A DNA stretch of 64,000 nucleotides. Source: Aplysia californica. Lineage: Eukaryota. The DNA is taken from NCBI RefSeq assembly GCF_000002075.1, contig NW_004797483.1:627144-691143 (forward strand), read 5' to 3'. The notes beneath the pieces were generated by a model. The model saw nothing but the letters and a program-made list of their open reading frames with translations. It was not told the DNA's origin and ran no database searches. Of the stretch, positions 60,001-64,000 are shown piece by piece (position 1 is the stretch's first letter; each line of letters begins with the position of its first letter). A program made the position numbers and the translations under genes.

Positions 60001-63000
60001 CCTCATCCTTACTATCGTCATTTTTCCTCCACTTCTTTTGAATGTTTGTCGCTCTATTGTGAACTTCTATTTCCGGGGTGCCTTGATAGTCGAAGCAGAC
60101 TGTGCAGTTGAGGCTTGAGAGGTGAGCAGAGTAAGCCTGATTCCCCGTTTAGACTTCTCTGTTGACATCCACCCCTTGGATATGACCTTATGCAGTTGCG
60201 AGCATTGTTAAACACCTACCTTATCACCCCTTGGCGCTCTTATGGCCTTATGAAGTTGCGAGCGCCGTAAAACCTTACTTACTAAACTAAAATTACTCTC
60301 TCAGGTCCACCTTAAGTGACCTTTCAGTGTTGAAAAGGGCACTCAACCAACCATATAGTACCTCAGCCCAACGAATTTTGTATTTCTTTTTGCTTTTCTC
60401 CTAACAGCAACACAGGAGACTGGCCACAGAAACTGACCATTCAGCTTTTGCCGCAGCGCATGTTGTCCAGTGTGCAGCACCTGTGCAAGAACTCGCGCCA
60501 GGTTTTGTTTCATTTTCCAGTCAACACCAGTCCCAACAATGAGGCACTTGGCAATCTCTACATGCTCATGAGCAATGGTTTCGTACGTATCCATGATCAT
60601 ATTTTAAGTTTTTACTACTTTTGTGTCCTTACAATTTGACCTTGGTCTGCGTGGGTTGGTCAGTTTGTACCACAGCTGGTGGAATGCTATTTTATAATTC
60701 AAAGATGCCAATTTTCCAAATAAATCGGGAAAGCTGGATTCCTAAAATAATGTGCCGTCTGATCGCCAAGAAAATAGTCCTGATACAGGATTTATTAGAC
60801 AAAATGATCCATAAATTTTGAATCTCTGCCCAAACATTTCCATGGCGTCCGAAAAACTCAGGATCTTTTTTGCGTTGCCAGATGACACCCCTGATAACCT
60901 GCTCACGATAGTACTATAGTGCTGCAGTGTTGAAAGGGGTGTTAGATCCGCAATGTACCATGGAGAGGTAGTTTCTTAGACACATCGCTAATTTTAACAT
61001 TTATTAACATTATTTGATTGATGGGTCCAAGCAAGGTTGCCTGGGGGAGGAACAGGGATCAGAAATAATCGATATCTTGAATTATCTTAAATACACTTTG
61101 TGCTCGACCAAAAATTAGAATGCCAAAATCCAGTTCTAAAGCTTATTATGAAGAGGCTGTTGCTTGATACAGTGCAGCAGGTCCTTAAGAGGGAACGGTT
61201 TCTTAAGCATTTGTTTGATAGAATATCACATTGTGTTTGTGTTAAAGAATGCAAGAAAGAATAATGCAAGTGTGAGCATAAGTTGGACTCTGGGACTTTT
61301 AATAGTCTGACTCACATTTGTTCCTTCTTTCCTATCAAACATCCGTCGTCCTTATCTCTCCTTCTTTATTGAGTTTGTTAGAACATTTTTTTGACTCACT
61401 GTTAGCTACACATACTCTTCTCATTTGGGAGTGCTGTGAAATTTGTTCTGGCTTTGTCCCTTGCAGGCAGGTTGCGTTCGCTTCCCGCCTCAGTCAGATA
61501 CCAAGATCATCTTGGTGATGTACAGCGGCAAGAAGAAGTCTCTAATCGGCCTCATCCCCAACGACCAGAACGGCATCATGAATGGCATCAAGAAAGTGGT
61601 AGCACACTACCGCTTGAAGGTGGGTCGAGAAAATCAGCTCTTTCTGCCTTTTGCAATGCTTGAGAAGGGGAGAGCGAGGAGGAAGGGGGGGGTGCAAAAT
61701 GTCAGTTATAACACAGTTCCAGTTCGTTAGGTCTCTTTTCATATAGAATTTTAATGAGAGTAATATATGATAAAATGTTTTTAATGTATACCTGCATGTG
61801 TTTTTACGGTCCTGTACTGCCAAGAAAAATTTCCCTCTGGGATAATAAAGTATTATCTTATCTAATCTTATAGCTCTGACTGAGAAGAAATGGTGACAGC
61901 CGAGTTCTGTCAGGAGTCAGAAATACACTTGCCATATTTAATGATTGACTATGGCATTTCTGTGGGTGACAAATAAATCAAAATTAAATGCTGTCCAATA
62001 TTGTTTAATGGGATGATGTGCGACTCCTAGTGTGTTGTAGCCCTAGAACTGTGTTGTAGAACAGGTAATTCTTCGTGAATATTTTCAACAGTGATGAAAT
62101 AGTGGATACGATTATTTAGGGCTTTCTCTTGTTGCGTTGTACCTCCACCATAAATGTATCGACCTTGCGTATACAGTCAAACCTGTGTAAAACGGCCACC
62201 CATTGTCATGGAGAAAATTGGCAGTATAAAACAGGTGGCCGTCTTCGGCGGGACTGATCAAAATGAAGAAAGCAAACTCTTCGGAGGTCCAAACAGGGGC
62301 TGAATTCTGGCTTTAGACTGCCGCAAGGATAATTCAAAAGGGTTTTTGTTTTCTTTTGATAAAGGGGTGTTGGTGGTGTGAGGAAGGTTTTTTGTGTTGC
62401 TGTTTTGTTGGTTTGTTTTTGTTTTTTGGGGTTAACTTTCTTTTTATTGATGATTTTGTGCAATGGTAAAATAGACTAAAAATTATTTAAGTAAGACGAT
62501 GAAGACCGAGTGCCATTGTGAAACAAACACACAGGTCGCCACCACTCGGAGAACAAGCGACACTTCTGGCACAAGTTCATATCAACGCCCATTGTTACTT
62601 TGTTACAGATTAGGTAAACAAAACAGTGACAAGTCGCCTCACACACGATATGTGCATGAGTTGTGGGCGAGCTTATAGGTTATGACGGATCATGCTACTC
62701 TCACTAGCAGTTGAAAATTTATTTCTAGGCTTTCCTATTGGTCAATTTGGGTAAACATTCATTGGAGGGACTAACAATAATGATAGGTGAATGAATTATG
62801 ACAGCCCGTCCACAGCGTCAGGGGCCAATTCAAAATTTTTGACAAAGCATCGGGCAGTGAGTGACCACGCTTGGCTGCCTGAGGCAGGTAAATTTGGCTG
62901 TTGGTTGATAAAATAAGGTGGCAGTGGCCACGTTGGACAGGTGACCGTTTTACACAAGTTAAATTATATAGAAAAAAGCGCAAGGGAGAAAATGGAAAGT

Positions 63001-64000
63001 GGCAGTTTGTACAGGCGGCCGTATTATACAGGTGGCTGTCATGGCAGGTTCGATTGTACTTTTTTAAAAACTTTGTGTGGTTTTAAATGAATCCTTTTGA
63101 CATATTGAATTTATAATTTGAAAAGTCTCTGACTGCTAAGGTTCATTGTCAGACCATTTATGACAAGAGGTTTTTAAAAAAATTGCTTCTGTGTAACCTC
63201 ATTGAGACATGCTGGCCATATCTGAACAATTGTGTGTACTATTTTGTTTCAGTCTGAGGGGAAGGAAATAAAAGATGGCAATCGTTTCTTGTAGATCATT
63301 TTTTCAGGGTTTTTTTTAGCCATCACTTCAGTTTTCATTATGAAGTGATTACTCGATATAGAGCCAAAAGAGAAAAAAAAACATTTGTTTGAAAGCAATC
63401 ACTGGATGGAAGCCCTGTAATGAAAATAACGCTCTGCATTAAAATGGTTCAATTTTGCACAAATTTTTCAAGAAATGGCCTGCAAGTATATAGTGTTTAG
63501 TGGCTCCTTGTGTGGGGTTGGTTTTTCACAGTGAGTAGGCAGAGGATTATTGAAAGGTTTGACATGAGTGAACCCTAGTGGGCAGAGCATTGGTCAGCCT
63601 TGTTTAGTAAGACTGGACTGCTACACATACCCGTTTCACTAAGCCAGAAACATTTCCGTCTTCTTCAGAATCAAGGAGGGCCCGCTGCCATGGCCAACGC
63701 TGCTGCCGCTGCTGGGGCTCAAGCCATGCAAGGCAATGTCGCGGCCTCGCAAGCCGCCGCAGTCAGTGCAGGAGGAATGATGCAGCCACAGGTAGGCTCC
63801 TGGTTGGACTATGTGGCTATGTAGGTCTATAAACAGTGCAACCTTGTAGATTGAACCGGGAGGGGTCATTTTTTTCTCCTAATCATATTTATTGTTAAAC
63901 ACAACAATTTACTTCTGTTTCCATTTTTAAACATCTGGGCATTTTGTTCACGCCATTGCTTTTACGTAACAGGGACCCGTTATGTGCAGCCTAGGAATGA
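29868..64000 (+). CDS. MED25: Mediator of RNA polymerase II transcription subunit 25 gene: at least 19-20 coding exons, 3' end beyond the window
   Basis: Spliced translation gives the MED25 VWA domain ([78 protein letters not shown]) and the ACID domain (WPQKLTIQLLPQ; MSNGFAGCVRFP; IGLIPNDQNGIMNGIKKV). All junctions are GT-AG and in frame. Length is 753 aa through exon 19 with one copy of exon 14, or 869 aa with both. Confidence 0.97.
30634..31951. mobile_element. TIR element with a 9-bp flanking direct repeat (Mutator-like), hosting the mariner-like MITE
   Basis: Left cgaagtggctagccgtactgaagtacggctagactg; right (reverse complement) ggaagaggctagccgtacttaatgacggctagactg; ctgcactaa at 30625-30633 and 31952-31960. 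Confidence 0.65.
31019..31832. mobile_element. Tc1/mariner (pogo/Tigger-like) non-autonomous element
   Basis: TA|ctgtcaaacctg...caggtttgactg|TA; repeated gtggccgt subterminal motifs; homologous to 62174-63056. Confidence 0.85.
33962..34007 (+). CDS. MED25: MED25 exon 2 (YFNGGPPSPIDTGHD)
   Basis: 46 nt, ttttgcag / gtaagt. Confidence 0.93.
35316..35440 (+). CDS. MED25: MED25 exon 3 (YNCTLYCLVTY...FDNLE)
   Basis: 125 nt, ttctcag / gtaagt. Confidence 0.93.
35500..35685 (+). mobile_element. Hairpin-tail SINE copy
   Basis: ggtgtggtttgctccttctttcctgtcaaacat...gtaacacgtctaatcttctgcactt. Confidence 0.8.
36610..36708 (+). CDS. MED25: MED25 exon 4 ([21 protein letters not shown]...)
   Basis: 99 nt; resembles [21 protein letters not shown]. 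Confidence 0.93.
36930..37105 (+). mobile_element. Hairpin-tail SINE copy
   Basis: Same body; tail gcgctc...gttgcaagcgccgtaaaacttctactaaaac. Confidence 0.8.
37962..38082 (+). CDS. MED25: MED25 exon 5 ([13 protein letters not shown]...MMGK)
   Basis: 121 nt; conserved LICNSPPY. Confidence 0.93.
38861..38926 (+). CDS. MED25: MED25 exon 6 ([22 protein letters not shown])
   Basis: 66 nt; resembles [22 protein letters not shown]. Confidence 0.93.
39290..40894. mobile_element. hAT-like non-autonomous element, ~1.6 kb
   Basis: TAGGGCTG...CAGCCCTA termini; 8-bp TSD ctggcagg/ttggcagg; CpG-rich; repeated ctcgcaag; no transposase ORF. Confidence 0.8.
40903..41090 (+). mobile_element. Hairpin-tail SINE copy
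   Basis: Same body and tail; adjacent to the hAT insertion site. Confidence 0.8.
41137..41230 (+). CDS. MED25: MED25 exon 7 (AAAGDN...[14 protein letters not shown]), end of VWA domain
   Basis: 94 nt; [10 protein letters not shown] motif. Confidence 0.92.
42021..42062 (+). CDS. MED25: MED25 exon 8 (ERSEIEEDKKQAVK)
   Basis: 42 nt, phase 1-1, strong tttttcag / gtaagt. Confidence 0.8.
42547..42627 (+). CDS. MED25: MED25 exon 9 (APSPAMIKEQAAQNV...SQP)
   Basis: 81 nt, phase 1-1. Confidence 0.78.
42912..43362 (+). mobile_element. tRNA-headed SINE of the hairpin-tail family (most complete copy, tail duplicated)
   Basis: Degenerate A-box tggagtagcgatt, TGC anticodon-like loop, B-box-like ggttgattccc; body ggttggcaggtgctc...ctttcctatcaaac...taacacctctaat; tail gcactt..tgacct..gttgcaagtg..gtaaaactcttactaaaac. 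Confidence 0.7.
43387..43604 (+). CDS. MED25: MED25 exon 10 (GMMNQQPGAQQ...MPMRPQ)
   Basis: 218 nt, GC-rich, Q/M/G/P-rich, phase 1-0. Confidence 0.88.
46152..46220 (+). CDS. MED25: MED25 exon 11 (GQQAKVQGQAGLAGATNMMQPRM)
   Basis: 69 nt, phase 0-0, uncommon AAG acceptor; composition matches the linker. Confidence 0.7.
46445..46800 (+). repeat. Minisatellite, ~35-45-bp unit (ggtctaaagacagaacagcatatagccactc..ctctg), about 8 copies
   Basis: Units directly visible. Confidence 0.85.
46859..46952 (+). repeat. 42-bp perfect tandem repeat, ~2.2 copies
   Basis: gatggtgtgtgtggttagttggaccagtgtgtaccagaaaat repeated. Confidence 0.9.
48245..48281 (+). CDS. MED25: MED25 exon 12 (RQQQPPQDANMI)
   Basis: 37 nt, phase 0-1, donor gtgagt; needed to join the frame into exon 13. 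Confidence 0.8.
48365..48688 (+). mobile_element. Two adjacent hairpin-tail SINE copies (degenerate 48365-48505; better preserved 48512-48688)
   Basis: Same body and tail motifs occur twice. Confidence 0.75.
48983..49110 (+). CDS. MED25: MED25 exon 13 (MRQPGMAGNQ...VPNSQ)
   Basis: 128 nt, phase 1-0. Confidence 0.85.
53178..53525 (+). CDS. MED25: MED25 exon 14, copy A (ANLLSSQ...PQNPAMM repeats...FPPQQ)
   Basis: 348 nt, phase 0-0, ctactag / gtgctg, GC-rich island. Confidence 0.88.
56068..56415 (+). CDS. MED25: MED25 exon 14, copy B (same protein sequence)
   Basis: Within the second tandem unit; one synonymous CCA/CCG difference; splice sites intact; may be an assembly duplicate. Confidence 0.6.
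57560..57965 (+). mobile_element. Retroposon fragment with a different body and the same type of hairpin tail
   Basis: ~400 bp homologous to 59835-60292; ends ggcgctcgtatgaccatatgcagttgcgaggcgccctaaaaactctact. Confidence 0.7.
58438..58600 (+). mobile_element. Hairpin-tail SINE copy
   Basis: ggtggctggcaggtgctctagtgtagtttgctccttctttcctatca...gcacttatatgacc. Confidence 0.75.
58792..58885 (+). CDS. MED25: MED25 exon 15 (QGYMPDAQ...EKRVIWT), start of ACID domain
   Basis: 94 nt, cagCAG tandem acceptor; KRVIWTG resembles KLLAWSG. Confidence 0.88.
59436..59538 (+). CDS. MED25: MED25 exon 16 (GTMEYQDR...LNCNVYIEMQDAD)
   Basis: 103 nt; resembles GVLEWQE...LPCQVYV. Confidence 0.9.
59835..60292 (+). 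mobile_element. Second copy of the 57560-57965 retroposon, tail duplicated
   Basis: gtgctactgactgaa...ccattcccaaaggggg...gaggtgagcaga...ggcgctcttatggccttatgaagttgcgagcgccgtaaaacc. Confidence 0.7.
60408..60582 (+). CDS. MED25: MED25 exon 17 (NTGDWPQKLTIQLLPQ...MSNGF)
   Basis: 175 nt; ACID core. Confidence 0.93.
61467..61619 (+). CDS. MED25: MED25 exon 18 (AGCVRFP...IGLIPNDQ...HYRLK)
   Basis: 153 nt; end of ACID domain. Confidence 0.93.
62174..63056. mobile_element. Second copy of the Tc1/mariner-like non-autonomous element
   Basis: TA|cagtcaaacctg...caggttcgattg|TA; internal similarity to 31019-31832 (gtcgccaccactcggagaac). Confidence 0.85.
63669..63791 (+). CDS. MED25: MED25 exon 19 (NQGGPAAMANAAAAAG...MMQPQ)
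   Basis: 123 nt, phase 0-0, ttcttcag / gtaggc. Confidence 0.85.
63973..64000 (+). CDS. MED25: Possible MED25 exon 20, truncated by the window edge (GPVMCSLGM...)
   Basis: Acceptor taacag followed by an open phase-0 frame; only 28 nt visible. Confidence 0.5.

Overview
Eukaryotic, AT-rich, gapped draft-assembly sequence from an intron-rich marine invertebrate (echinoderm-like is an inference from repeat and intron character). Two divergently transcribed spliced genes were reconstructed by hand using GT-AG boundaries and frame continuity. (1) M1AP (meiosis 1 arrest/associated protein) lies on the minus strand, with 12 coding exons from 21869 to the stop at 9612; its first coding exon is unresolved beside an N-gap. 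(2) MED25 (Mediator subunit 25: VWA domain, long Q/M/G/P-rich linker, ACID/PTOV domain) lies on the plus strand from ATG 29868 and continues past the window end. The most notable structure is a near-identical ~2.89-kb tandem duplication (51670-54559 / 54560-57447) containing a complete frame-symmetric 348-nt MED25 exon made of PQNPAMM repeats; it is either a real exon duplication or a haplotype assembly artefact. Introns and intergenic DNA contain tRNA-derived SINEs (one family has a covarying 3' hairpin and strong sense-strand bias in MED25), RTE LINE 3' fragments, Tc1/mariner-, hAT- and Mutator-like non-autonomous elements (two nested cases), mini/microsatellites and TCTAGA-rich tracts. Most ORFs in the supplied track are spurious. 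No prokaryotic-type system is present.
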